Under the pieces are notes generated by a model. It did not search any database, was not told the origin of the DNA, and worked only from the letters and a program-made list of their open reading frames with translations. A stretch of DNA of 64,000 nucleotides from positions 22,097,712-22,161,711 of the forward strand of contig NC_069006.1 in NCBI RefSeq assembly GCF_001194135.2, in the 5' to 3' direction. A program made the position numbers and the translations under genes. Shown one piece after another: positions 1 to 12,491 of this stretch. The stretch is from Octopus bimaculoides (lineage: Eukaryota). The stretch's first letter is position 1. Each line of letters starts with the position of its first letter.

Positions 1-232
1 GGCACATAAAAGACACCATTTCGAGCGTGGCCGTTTTCGTGCGGGTGACACGTAAAAGCACCCACTACACTCTCTGAGTGGTTGGCGTTAGGAAGGGCAT
101 CCAGCTGTAGAAACTCTGCCAAATTAGACTGGAGCCTGGTGTTGCCATCCGGTTTCACCAGTCCTCAGTCAAATCGTCCAACCCATGCTAGCATGGAAAG
201 CGGACGTTAAACGATGATGATGATGATGATGA
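1..232 (+). mobile_element. 3' end of a non-LTR retroelement (LINE 3' UTR or LINE-tail SINE, possibly RTE-related) with (GAT)n tail; young copy
   Basis: Ends ...CCAACCCATGCTAGCATGGAAAGCGGACGTTAAAC(GAT)n. Near-identical 5'-truncated copies at 703-838 (+) and 36605-36706 (-). Shared 3' end with variable 5' truncation is typical of TPRT insertions. Clade assignment is from memory only. Confidence 0.75.
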
Positions 233-267
233 TATATATATTTATGAGCCAAAGCAGCACCTAACAG

Positions 268-640
268 GCACAGATGTGGCTGTGTGGTAAGAAGTTTGCT
301 TCTCAACCACATGGCTCCAGGTGCATTGCAACTTGGGCAACTGTCTTCCACTACAGTCTCGGTCTGACTAGTTAGATTTAGTAGATGTGATTAGATTCAG
401 TAGATGGAAACTGAAAAAAGCTGTTGTGTATGTGTGTATTTGTCTTCTACCACCGCTTGACAACCTGTGTTGATGTGTTTACATCTCTGTGTTTGGCAAA
501 AGAGACTGACAAAATAAGTACCAGGCTTTAGAAAAAAAAAAAAAAAGTAGTGGGGTTGATTCATTTGACTAAAATTCCTAAAGATGGTACACCAGCCTGG
601 CCAGTCTCATGACTGAAACAAATAAAAGATAAAAGATATA
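268..640 (+). mobile_element. tRNA-derived CORE-like SINE (head + microsatellite + long 3' module)
   Basis: Head GTGGCTGTGTGGTAAGAAG..TTGCTTC..AACCACATGG, then CORE-like CTTGGGCAA.TGTCTTC, GATGGAAACTGAAA, (TG)n, then ACCACCGCTTGACAAC...GACTGAAACAAATAAAAGATAAAAG. The same order recurs many times in the window. Confidence 0.7.
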
Positions 641-702
641 TCACAATCTTGTGCCTGGTGTTGCTGTGCTACAATATACCTTGAGTACTGTACTAATACA
701 GA

Positions 703-838
703 GCTGTAGAAACTCTGCCAAATTTAGATTGGAGCCTGGTGTTGCCATCCGGTTTCACCAGTCCTCAGTCAAATCGTCCAACCCATGCTAGCATGGAAAG
801 AGGACGTTAAACGATGATGATGATGATGATGATGATGA
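703..838 (+). mobile_element. 5'-truncated copy of the (GAT)n-tailed retroelement 3' end
   Basis: Matches 102-232 with only about 3 differences; longer (GAT)n tail. Confidence 0.8.
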
Positions 839-859
839 TATTATTTTACATTTTAACAG

Positions 860-1250
860 AAGGCCAGCAATTTAAGGGAGGGGGATAGCCAATTACATCA
901 ATCCCAGTACTTAACTATTATTTATTTTATAAACCACAAGAGGATAAAAGGCAAAGTCATCGTATGCAGAATTTAAACTTGGAACATGAAGCATGGAAAG
1001 AAATGTAGCTAAGCATTTTGTCCACCTAATGATTCTGCAAGCTCATTACTTTAATAATAGTAACCCTTTCTACTATAGGTGCAAAGCATGAAATTTATGG
1101 GGAGAGCTTAGTTGATTATATTGATCCCAGAACTCAAACAGGTACTTTTATCAACCCTTGCAAAAATGAAAAGTAACTGGATTTGAACTTGTAATATAAA
1201 CTGCTGAAAGAAATATTACTAAGCATTTTATCCAATGTGTTAACAATTCC
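860..1250 (-). mobile_element. Two degraded tandem copies of the second tRNA-derived SINE family (GCCTTTCATCC...GGTCGAT core)
   Basis: Reverse-complement matches to the family seen intact at 54216-54410, e.g. GGATAAAAGGCAAAGTC, GAATTTAAACTTGGAAC, GCTAAGCATTTTG. Confidence 0.55.
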
Positions 1251-1597
1251 ACCACTCACAACCCTTGAGCTGGACCTAATAACACAGGTTTGAATGCTAC
1301 TTGAGCTGATTCGATTCTCTTGTTCAAATCAGTGACATAAGGCTATCATATGAGTAGTTAAAAGAGACTAAGTTGCTCTTGCTACACTACATTAAGTTAA
1401 ATGTAGTCGTTACTCACACATTAAGTGTAACAAGACATTTTAATTCATTCACGTATTTTATAGATATAGGTGATTTCCAAAACCGTTAGTTGCTTTATAT
1501 AGCACCACAAGTAAAATCTAATTTCTCCATAAAATCTAATTGCTTGGCCTACCTTCACCTCAGAAGGTTTTTGACATTCACAAAACTTTTACAGCTT

Positions 1598-1618
1598 ACA
1601 CACACACACACACACACA

Positions 1619-1685
<67 letters not shown>
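1598..1685. repeat. (CA)n / (TG)n compound microsatellite forming a short inverted arrangement
   Basis: Direct reading of the sequence. Confidence 0.95.
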
Positions 1686-1688
<3 letters not shown>

Positions 1689-2294
1689 CACATAGTGTTG
1701 ACGTTATATGTTCAGATATGTGGGGGTGCAAGTTATAAGTAACTGTGTGATGTGAGTGTATACAAATGTATATATCTGTCTATCTATGTGTGTGTGTGCG
1801 TGTGTGCACACAAACACGCATGCACATACTTGTGCACCTCACAACATCACATTTATATATTCGGGGTGGCCCTAAATCTGCACACATAAATAAAGTAGTT
1901 AAATAATTTGCTTAAAAGTCTGAAATTACAACAAATGCTGAAGCTTATGACCTTTGACAGCTAAACATTGTTTTACTTCATTGAATACATGAACTTTGAA
2001 CCATTGTTAGGGTATCTGTGTGGATGCTACTGCAAGTGGGTATGAGTGCCTTCTTTAGTATATCAATAATTGTTGGTAGATTCATATAAACTATTGGCTC
2101 CAATTGACAGCACCACCACGTCTACTACCAACCATCAGCACAACCACCATAACTACCATAGTCACCACATCCATGATGGTTGGAAGGCAATGGGGATGGT
2201 GAGATGTGATGGTCAAAAGAAACGAGAAAGCTAAAGTGAATTCGACTGTTCTCAAAAATTAAGTAAAAAAGATAGGAAAAATAATTCTTGTCCA

Positions 2295-2470
2295 GTACCA
2301 AATCGACCCCCAAATCTAATCAGTTCATGCCAGTCATGAGGCCAAACATCCCTGAAAGCTTCATCCGATTCCATCCAGCGGTTCTTAAGATATTTTGTCA
2401 ACGAACAAACAAACAAACAAATACAACTGAAAAACAATACCCCCACCTTCGCTAAGGCAGAGGTAATAAC
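2295..2470. mobile_element. End of a non-autonomous DNA-transposon-like element with (AAAC)n (possibly Crypton-like)
   Basis: CCAAATCTAATCAGTTC...TTCATCCGATTCCATCCAGCGGTTCTTAAGATAT...(AAAC)n...CCTTCGCTAAGGCAGAGGTAATAA resembles a widespread animal non-autonomous element terminus. Superfamily call is uncertain. Confidence 0.45.
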
Positions 2471-2509
2471 AATAATAATTATTATTATTTTTTCAAATTT
2501 TTGCCACAA

Positions 2510-2663
2510 GGGCAGCTTGGGGAAGGTGGTACTTATTTTATCGATCTCTAAAGGATGAAAGGCAAGGTCGACCGCAGCAGAATTTGAATTCAGAATGTAA
2601 AGACAGACGAGATACCACTAAGTATTTTGTCCAGCATGCTTACAGTTCTGTCAGCTTACTGCC

Positions 2664-2705
<42 letters not shown>

Positions 2706-2720
2706 TAAAATGAGTACTGG
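2510..2720 (-). mobile_element. tRNA-derived SINE (second family) plus adjacent (TAA)n
   Basis: GGATGAAAGGCAAGGTCGACCGCAGCAGAATTTGAATTCAGAA is the reverse complement of the family core and B box. Confidence 0.7.
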
Positions 2721-2830
2721 TAATACACAAGATACAGTTCAGTTGGGTTTCTGTGAGTTTCTTCTTTTAGAAATAGTGACCTCATAACCTCTTTGGCAAA
2801 TATAAACAAAATACCAAACAAACAAACAAA

Positions 2831-2870
<40 letters not shown>

Positions 2871-3572
2871 TAAAACAAAAAAAATAATCAATATTTTCTG
2901 TGAGTCATCAGAGAAGCCAAATCCTGGTCTACTTAGATAAAACTGACACAGGCACTTATATAGCAACACACACGTTCACACAGACACATACACACACATA
3001 AATACACATTCACATAAGCAAGCACATATACATACACATAAACACAAAAGCACACACACACATACACACATATACACATGAATACAAAACATACACACAC
3101 ACGTGCACGTGAGGATATGGAAATATAAAATAATTTGAAATAATTTCTACACAAATTCTCAAATTCTTGACTTTATATTCAGAAGCAGGGCATAATGAAG
3201 ACAATCAAGAAATAAAACTAGAATAAATACAAAGAAAGGAACCAGTCTAAAGCTAACAATTATGGTGAGGTTTTCCTTTCAACTCTAAATTCAAACTGGT
3301 TCTTCAGAGGAGAGCATCTTAATGAAAATAGCTCTTTGGCTGTCAACCTTAATTGGTAGGTATCGGGAATTCAAATACTAATTTATCATCAGTATAGTCA
3401 TCAAGGCAGACACATTTTTATTAGTCCCAACCACGACTACCACCATTGAACACACCATCCATCCATCTATCCATTCAGCTGTCTGTCCAGGCAATGTGTG
3501 CACAATGTGATATGTGTATGTGTTTGTGATTGTGTGTGCCTGATTGTGTATGGCATTGTGCGTGATTGGGTG

Positions 3573-3617
<45 letters not shown>

Positions 3618-4550
3618 NNNNNNNNNNNNNNNNNNNNNNNNNNNNNNNNNNNNNNNNNNNNNNNNNNNNNNNNNNNNNNNNNNNNNNNNNNNNNNNNNNN
3701 NNNNNNNNNNNNNNNNNNNNNNNNNNNNNNNNNNNNNNNNNNNNNNNNNNNNNNNNNNNNNNNNNNNNNNNNNNNNNNNNNNNNNNNNNNNNNNNNNNNN
3801 NNNNNNNNNNNNNNNNNNNAAAAAAAAAAAAAAAATGACCAGCTATTTGTATCATCAAAGCGTCTGCACATATACAAAACCTGTAGTTAGTACCTAATTT
3901 CTGACTTTCACAGGATACTGCCCACATTCTATTTTCTGACCATCAATATTATAATGAGACGTGCCAGGCTATTTTATCAATATTTTATCATTTATACTTG
4001 ACCTCCAGCCGAAATGACAATGCCACTTTTCTTTTCTCTCTTCCTCACTCTCAGACAAAAGGCACAAGGACACCCCCTACCCCTTGAAATGTTCGATTTT
4101 TGTTCATTTCTCACCCAGTATAGTAACAAGTATCAACTCTCATGTGGATGATTAGTTGCCGCTATGTATTATCACTGGTTTCATTAGATTCCAGGAGTTT
4201 ACCCTTGTTTGTTAATATTTAATACTTCAAAGGATGGTTGTATGTCTATGATGTTTGGTTCACAAATACGTGCTGTTCGGTTTGAGTCCCACTGTATGGC
4301 ATCTTCAACAAGTTTCATGTGGAGTGAAATTTTGTAAATGGAAACTGTGCTGAGACACATCCTCTCTCCCTCTCTCTTTATATGCCAGTGAAAAATTAGT
4401 GTTGCTTAATATGTTTTGCTAAAATTACTGTTTCTTTTCAGATATCATCAGAAATAGGTAATGCATATGTATGTACATATATATATATATATATATATAT
4501 AAAAGTCAGTAAATAGTGGGGTTGTGTTAACCGCACATGGAGAAATAATA

Positions 4551-4746
4551 GGAATAATGAAAAATAATAATAAGGCAGAATGCTAAACTGGAAGCATATT
4601 TTAATAAAGATTTCTAACCGGCTTTCCTTGTATAGCAAATTTTCAAGAAGAGGGAGAATGAAAATGTTTTTTACAAAGAAGTACAAAATGAAGAAAATAA
4701 TATATAAAAAAATAAATATACCAATACATCATATTGTCTTTGAGCT
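4551..4746 (+). mobile_element. Terminal arm of an unclassified AT-rich interspersed element
   Basis: Reverse complement of 5201-5392, 35507-35716 and 42631-42707; truncated by a gap. Confidence 0.75.
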
Positions 4747-5111
4747 NNNNNNNNNNNNNNNNNNNNNNNNNNNNNNNNNNNNNNNNNNNNNNNNNNNNNN
4801 NNNNNNNNNNNNNNNNNNNNNNNNNNNNNNNNNNNNNNNNNNNNNNNNNNNNNNNNNNNNNNNNNNNNNNNNNNNNNNNNNNNNNNNNNNNNNNNNNNNN
4901 NNNNNNNNNNNNNNNNNNNNNNNNNNNNNNNNNNNNNNNNNNNNNNNNNNNNNNNNNNNNNNNNNNNNNNNNNNNNNNNNNNNNNNNNNNNNNNNNNNNN
5001 NNNNNNNNNNNNNNNNNNNNNNNNNNNNNNNNNNNNNNNNNNNNNNNNNNNNNNNNNNNNNNNNNNNNNNNNNNNNNNNNNNNNNNNNNNNNNNNNNNNN
5101 NNNNNNNNNNN

Positions 5112-5392
5112 CTCTTTTTTTAAACCTAACACAACTCTCAATTGTCATGCATCCTTATTTTTCCAACCATTATATACATGGATTACCATTGAACTTTAAA
5201 AGCTCAAAGACAATATAATGTATTAGTATATTTATTTTTTTATATATTATTTTCTTCATTTTGTACTTTGTAAAAAACATTTTCATTCTCCCTCTTCTTG
5301 AAAATTTGCTATACAATGAAAGCCCGTTAGAAATCTTTATTAAAATATGCTTCCAGTTTAGCATTCTGCCTTATTATTATTTTTCATTTTCC
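5112..5392 (-). mobile_element. Same unclassified AT-rich element, terminal arm ending ...TTTTCATTTTCC then (TA)n
   Basis: High identity to 35462-35716 and 42547-42707; terminus abuts a TA microsatellite. Confidence 0.75.
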
Positions 5393-5913
5393 TATATATA
5401 TATATATATACAGAGAGAGAGAGAGAGAGAGAGAGATCAAAAGAATACAAGATTGGAAAAGTTTTTGGCATTATTTATTCACTATTACAGATGTTTCGTT
5501 TGCCAATACAAGTTACAGAATTGCATGTGTAGTAGAAAAACATGTAAGATATCTGCTATTACAAATAGAGAATCAAATATTTGATTGTCTGAAAATGTTT
5601 TAATGGGAGTATCTAACAATAATAATAGCAAGATTATTCTTTAATCATGCTCTGCCGCCATCTTCTCAACGCACTATTCCCCAAAATAGGATATATACAT
5701 TTTTGAATATACATATATAAGTAGATGTAGTATATAGTGTGAATACGTAGTGTTTAATGCTCAGCATTGTCACTATCTTTCCAAGTTGTGCAGCAGTTCA
5801 CATGGAATTTTTGCTCCTCCAAAGTTGTCTTGGTGTATAAGTCAACCTGTTATTTTGAGTTGTAAATTTGGGCTTGAAAAATTCGACTTGTATGCCAGAA
5901 TATATGGTGTGTG

Positions 5914-5970
<57 letters not shown>

Positions 5971-6664
5971 GTATGTATAAATATATACTGCCTAAATGAT
6001 GATGCCAATGATGATAATGATGGTATGCATATATTTAAGGCTTGTTGATTAATTAAAACAATAGACAATTGATTAATAATAAGTAAAGGACAATATATCA
6101 AATAAAGAGAAAAAAAAAACGTTTTTCTCACAATTGCTAAGTAGAATATCTACACTTCCTTTTGTTCTGACAATGAAATTTTCATTATTATTATTATTAT
6201 TATTGTAGCTGCTGTTGTTGCTTTTTCATAGTTTCTACAGTGTTCTATTGTTTTGTTGAAACAATAATACATTATCTAAAATTTCATTTGAAATTCGAAA
6301 ATTGTTTAAGAAAAAATAAAAAAGAAAAGAAGAAAATTTAAACTGTTGAAAAGATAAACAATTAAATCACAATAATTGTTTAATTTTTCGGAGGGGCATT
6401 AAAAAAAATATATATATACAAAATAATTTGGAAGATATGTTTACATATAAAGCATATGGTGTGTGTGTGTGTGAGACAGAGAGAAAGAGGATAAAAGAGT
6501 GTGTGCATGTGTGTTTCTAAGAAGGAGTATGAGAGTGAAAGAAATGAGCACAGGCGCACACACATCATCATCCTCATCATCATTTAACGTCCATCTTCCA
6601 TGCACAAATAGTAGATGAGAGAGAGGGAGACTAAGTGTATGTGTTTGTGTGAGGTTCTGTTTTA

Positions 6665-6722
<58 letters not shown>

Positions 6723-7058
6723 NNNNNNNNNNNNNNNNNNNNNNNNNNNNNNNNNNNNNNNNNNNNNNNNNNNNNNNNNNNNNNNNNNNNNNNNNNNNNN
6801 NNNNNNNNNNNNNNNNNNNNNNNNNNNNNNNNNNNNNNNNNNNNNNNNNNNNNNNNNNNNNNNNNNNNNNNNNNNNNNNNNNNNNNNNNNNNNNNNNNNN
6901 NNNNNNNNNNNNNNNNNNNNNNNNNNNNNNNNNNNNNNNNNNNNNNNNNNNNNNNNNNNNNNNNNNNNNNNNNNNNNNNNNNNNNNNNNNNNNNNNNNNN
7001 NNNNNNNNNNNNNNNNNNNNNNNNNNNNNNNNNNNNNNNNNNNNNNNNNNNNNNNNNN

Positions 7059-7091
<33 letters not shown>

Positions 7092-7385
7092 TTGTTTCCT
7101 ATTTGTAAGCTTGCTTGCATACATATATGCAAGTGTGTGTATGTGTGATTGTTTATATATATGCATGAATGTAAAATATGTGTGTGCTTGTGTTCATTCA
7201 CAGAACTGAGTATAGATTTTTAAGCAAGTCTGTTAGTACACAGTATGGAAAAGAAAACTCCCCAAAAGCTGTTCCTTTGTAAATATTTATTTCGATGTAT
7301 ACAGGTGTACGTGTTCATATTTATGCATATTTATATGTGTGTGTGTATGTACACGCACACATACATATATATATTTACGCATATA

Positions 7386-7429
<44 letters not shown>

Positions 7430-8544
7430 CACATATAGAGAAACAAATACATATATATATATTTGCATATATATTCACCTATACACATGTGTGCATATAT
7501 ACACACACACACATATGTATATGCACACACATACATATATATATATAAATATACACACAAACACTCATATATTTACATACGTATATATTTACAAATATGT
7601 GTGTATGTGTATTGAAATTCTAACATTTCATTATTGTATAAAGGAAATACTCTTTCCATGTTTAAAGGTTTTTTTGCGAGATTCTACCTTACATTGAAGT
7701 ATCTATCAATTAGTTAGGAACTATTGTTCCTAACTAATACATACATTAACAACAGCATCAACATCAATAACCATACTGCTTTCATTTATTTATTTAAACT
7801 GAAAATCATAATGTAAACAAACAAACGTGTGTGTACGTAAAATCATTTTATATAACACATACAAATATATATAATACACAAACTCATAGACATATACCCA
7901 AGCACATACACATACACACATGCACTCTAGAATGAGACAATTTGGCACAGCTATTTGGATGCTGATGATCTGGCATGGCTTACAGGACATTCAGCCTGTT
8001 TGGGCAATTGTATATTTTGGTACTGGAGGCAAACATATATACACGCAAGGACGAGCATGCAGACATGTACAGAGTATAAGTGAAAGAGAGAGTGAGGGAC
8101 GGAAAGGGAGACATTACACAAACCTATAAACGTAACCAGATGCTTGCATATATAGACAGAAAAAGAGGAGGGGAGGAAGGAGAGGTAGGAGGAGAAAAAG
8201 AGGGAGATAGAAGAATGAGAGAGAAGGGAGGGAAAGGGATAGAACAAATAAAATATTAAAATGAGAGAAATCTGACCTTGAGATGCCTGATGTTGAATAA
8301 GACAACATGGAATCACCAATACCAAATAGGCAGAGTCAAAATGTCTCATATACTCCACACACACACATATAAACACATATACACCATCACAATCAGTGTT
8401 GCTAACCATGATACTACTGTTTATGTTATAGACAAACGTTTTTTTAAGCATGGTATTATTCCACTTATTGTCAGACAGTAAAACTGATTAAATAACTGAA
8501 CTATGGGACTTTTGTTTACAGGTGAATGTGAACGATGTCACCAT

Positions 8545-8876
8545 CCTGATAACTACTTGACAAGGACAGGCATCAAAATTGTTTCTCAACCTCCCTACAA
8601 TCCAAGCCTTGCTCCCTGTGACTTTTTGTTGTTTCCCAAGCTGAAGGAGAACCTCAAAGGCAGTCATTTTGATGATGAAGGAGACTGTAACAAGGGTCCT
8701 GGACACATTCCCTTTGGATGACTTCCATGGGGCCTCTTACAAAGTTGCTGGGGCGCTACAACAAATACATTGAAGCCTGAGAACCCTACTTTGAAAGATA
8801 TTAGAGTTTTGTACTTCTTTGAAATTAATAATATCTTTCCTCAAAAAGTCTGGAAACTTCTGAAATGCACCTTGTA
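8545..8876 (+). mobile_element. Mariner-family DNA transposon remnant: transposase C-terminus plus right TIR and TA
   Basis: Translates IVSQPPYNPSLAPCDFLLFPKLKENLKGSHF, matching the mariner PYSPDLAP(S/C)DF motif. After frameshifts it gives RYNKYIEA*EPYFE, resembling the mariner C-terminal KCI...G.YFE. TIR-like GTCTGGAAACTTCTGAAATGCACCTTG|TA at about 8848-8876. Confidence 0.85.
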
Positions 8877-9263
8877 TATGTGTGCATANNNNNNNNNNNN
8901 NNNNNNNNNNNNNNNNNNNNNNNNNNNNNNNNNNNNNNNNNNNNNNNNNNNNNNNNNNNNNNNNNNNNNNNNNNNNNNNNNNNNNNNNNNNNNNNNNNNN
9001 NNNNNNNNNNNNNNNNNNNNNNNNNNNNNNNNNNNNNNNNNNNNNNNNNNNNNNNNNNNNNNNNNNNNNNNNNNNNNNNNNNNNNNNNNNNNNNNNNNNN
9101 NNNNNNNNNNNNNNNNNNNNNNNNNNNNNNNNNNNNNNNNNNNNNNNNNNNNNNNNNNNNNNNNNNNNNNNNNNNNNNNNNNNNNNNNNNNNNNNNNNNN
9201 NNNNNNNNNNNNNNNNNNNNNNNNATATATATATATATATATATATATACATACATACATATG

Positions 9264-9400
9264 GTTGGTGTTAGGAAGAGCATCCAGCCATAGAAACCAT
9301 GCCAAAACAAACAGCTGGTGCAACCTCCAGCCTTATCAGCTCCAGTCAAACTGTCCAGCCCATGCCAACATAGAAAATGGGTGTTAAATAATGATGACGA
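9264..9400 (+). mobile_element. Diverged copy of the (GAT)n-tailed retroelement 3' end
   Basis: GGTTGGTGTTAGGAAGAGCATCCAGCC...GTCCAGCCCATGCCAACATAGAAAATGGGTGTTAAATAATGATGACG. Confidence 0.65.
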
Positions 9401-10389
9401 TATATATAACTGACTTCTTTTGGTTTCCATCTACCAAATCCACTCACAAAGCTTTGCTCTCTTATGTTAATTATTCTGGAGTTGCCTAAATAGAGGAAAT
9501 ATATAAATAGTGACAGGGGACATTATCATCCAAATAAGTTGCTTCTATAATTTTTAAAAAATCAAAATCTGTATTTCTGAATTCTTGGAAAGTGGTACCT
9601 CGCATTTTAATAGAAAAATAATACTGTTTATAGAACAAGATCACTTAACATTCTGAAAAGTAAAAAAAAGAACAAAATTGTGCAGATATATACACATATA
9701 TATAAGTATGGAATTGAAGTCATGTAAACAAATTTGTGCCTTGTGGACAGTAATGAGTAAATGAGTGTTGAAGAGAGAGAGAGACAGAGAGAGTCCTTGG
9801 TTAATGAAATAAAGAATCCATGCTTATACTCCCAGGAGCAATTTCAGTCAGAAGCTGCGTTGTTATTGCTCATGCAACTAGACTTAACATGTAATGAAGA
9901 AATTGCTTTTGGGATGATATATATCTGCATATATGTATACATATATACATATAAGCATACATATACATGTGTGCACATGAGTATATATATATATGTGTAT
10001 ATACATACGTACACACATATTCATAGATGGATATATATATGTGTATATGCATATGTGTGTGTATGTGGGTATATAAATTTAACACCAAGATATAATAACA
10101 ACAACAACAATAATAATCCGTATTAGAAAAAAAAATATAATATAATAAATGTCTCCAAAAGCCAAGGGGTTTTCATAGAAACCTGATATTTAGTTTCAGA
10201 TTCAGAAACTAAACATTACTTTAGCGAATGAGGAATTTTTAATTCTTCAAGAAATGTCACCCAAGATGATATCAGAAGTTGATGATCTCAGTTAGATACA
10301 TTGAAGTATGTAGAGTTAATCCATCCTCGACTATCCATAGTTAAAATGAAATGCAATGTTTATGTGGCTGTGGTGGTGGGAGTACTTAC

Positions 10390-10428
10390 TGATGTTGTCG
10401 GTGGTGTTATACTTCAATCCCTTCGTAT
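10390..10428 (-). CDS. Candidate 39-nt symmetric (phase 1-1) microexon, peptide xTKGLKYNTTDNI, gene unknown
   Basis: Minus strand: ...TGTTTAAC...AATGCATGTTAG|ATACGAAGGGATTGAAGTATAACACCACCGACAACATCA|GTAAGTAC. Consensus donor, length divisible by 3, one open frame. No homology recognised. Confidence 0.35.
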
Positions 10429-10971
10429 CTAACATGCATTATAGATTTGGTTAAACAAACAGGAAAATAGCACTCAAAACATGATTGTATATTTTGTTTA
10501 ATTTTGAATCAGTATAAAAGAAATTATTATTAATCAGCAGAAGTTACAGAGTGACTCAATAACTGATAGTTTCATGTACTGGCACGTACCTTAAATTTGA
10601 CAAATGCCAGTGTACAGATTTCTAGTTCCCTTGATTCACACTGTAAATTCTGCTGATTAATGATCCTATTACTGTATGCACAAGGCCTGAAACTTTGTGG
10701 GAGTGGAATGCTAGCCAATTTCTTGACTGATACTTATTTTATTGACCTCGAGAGGATGAAGGCAGAGTTGACCTCAGCAGAATTTGAACTGGTTGTTTTG
10801 CAAGAGCACACACGAAGATGGAAAATGTCAGTGAAGAGATCACAGAAGTGTGATGAAAGATTTCCGGACAATGAACATGAATTAGAATAAGAACAGTATT
10901 AAACGAGTGAAGAATGAATATATAGTGCATGTGTTTTATAGGCAAAAAAAAGACCATCCCAAAATACAACA

Positions 10972-11018
<47 letters not shown>

Positions 11019-11169
11019 TACACATACAAACATATTTATATATATATATATATATACATATACATACAAGCACACACACACACATATATATACACACACA
11101 CATGTACATATATATACACACACAAATATATAACATATATGCATACATACATATATGTGTGTGTGTGTC

Positions 11170-11400
11170 CTTGTCTAGACATTATGCGAACGTTGTAAAT
11201 GAGCATTATTATTATACAAGCCATGTTACTCAGTTCTAGTCTTCCATGTAAAACATATCTGTCCATGGGGAAATATTAGCTTGCTTGGAAACAGGTGAGG
11301 CTTGACAACAGATAGGACATCCAGCTGTAGAGAACCTGGCTCAACAAATTCTGCCAGACATATGCAAGCAAGGAAAGTGGATTTTAACTGATGATGATGA
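11170..11400 (+). mobile_element. SINE 3' module joined to the (GAT)n-tailed LINE-like end
   Basis: TGTCTAGACAT...GTTGTAAATGAGCA...GCTTGGAAACAGGTGAGGCTTGACAACAG..AGGACATCCAGCTGTAG...GCAAGCAAGGAAAGTGG..(GAT)n; same order as 50900-51120. Confidence 0.55.
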
Positions 11401-12457
11401 ATACAAAACAATTGAACCAATAATTCATATGGCTGTCTGAATATTAGCAAACCTACTCCACCCACATTTGAACAGAGAAGGGCTAATGAAAAAAATTTAT
11501 AAAAAAAAAAAAGAAATGCAATTAAATTTTTTTTCCCCCAGAAATATTTAACTACTAAAATACAAATGATTAAAAGCCTTCGTTTCAGAATTAATTTCAG
11601 AGAAATCATTGTAAAAACTAGTTTGAAGGATTCAAATCCAAATGAAAAATTAAACATTTTTGTTTATCATTTTTTTACATTATCTTAAATAGGTAAAAAT
11701 CAATCAATCACTCGCTCTTTCTCTCTCTCTCTTTTCCTCTCCTCTCTTATCATCCCATCTCGCTTCCTCTCTCTCTTTCTTCCTCCCTCTCATATGTATG
11801 TGTACATGGTTGTGTGTATGTGCGTGTGTCATGCATTAAAAAAAAGACAAAATTAAGAACCCCCCACACACACATATATATATACAAACGCTATACGTAT
11901 ATCTTTATATACATATACTCAGTATATACATATATATATTTATGTCTGTTGTGGATGTAATATTTATATATATACTCTCTCTCTATATATATATATACAT
12001 ATATTTATATATACATTCTCTATACAAACATTCATATATACACTCTATATACATATATTTATGCATATGAGTGTGTGAATGTGTGTATATCTGCGTGTTT
12101 CTTTGTGTGAATGTATGCATATATATATATATTTTAAAGAGATTCTTGATTTCGTCTTTTTCTGCAACTTATCTACACAAAATTAAAACTAAACAACTGA
12201 TATCATTTTGTTTCAAATGGGAGAGGGAAAGAAAAAATGGAGAGAAAGAAGGAGAGGAAAGAAGGAAAAAGTAACAATGAATAAAAGAAACCATAAACAG
12301 AAAGGAAAAAAAAATTAAATGAGGACAGTGAAATTTAAGACTAGCCCAACCTTATGCACACACACATATAAATATATATATCTACACACACATATATAAA
12401 TATATATATATCCACACACACACTCACACACACATGAACATTCATACACATAACCCC

Positions 12458-12491
<34 letters not shown>

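Noticed and set aside
1857-1885. TATATTCGGGGTGGCCCTAAA resembling a Tc1/maT left TIR; similar mariner-like TIR word at about 25077-25103
   Set aside because: No partner TIR or transposase sequence recognised nearby.
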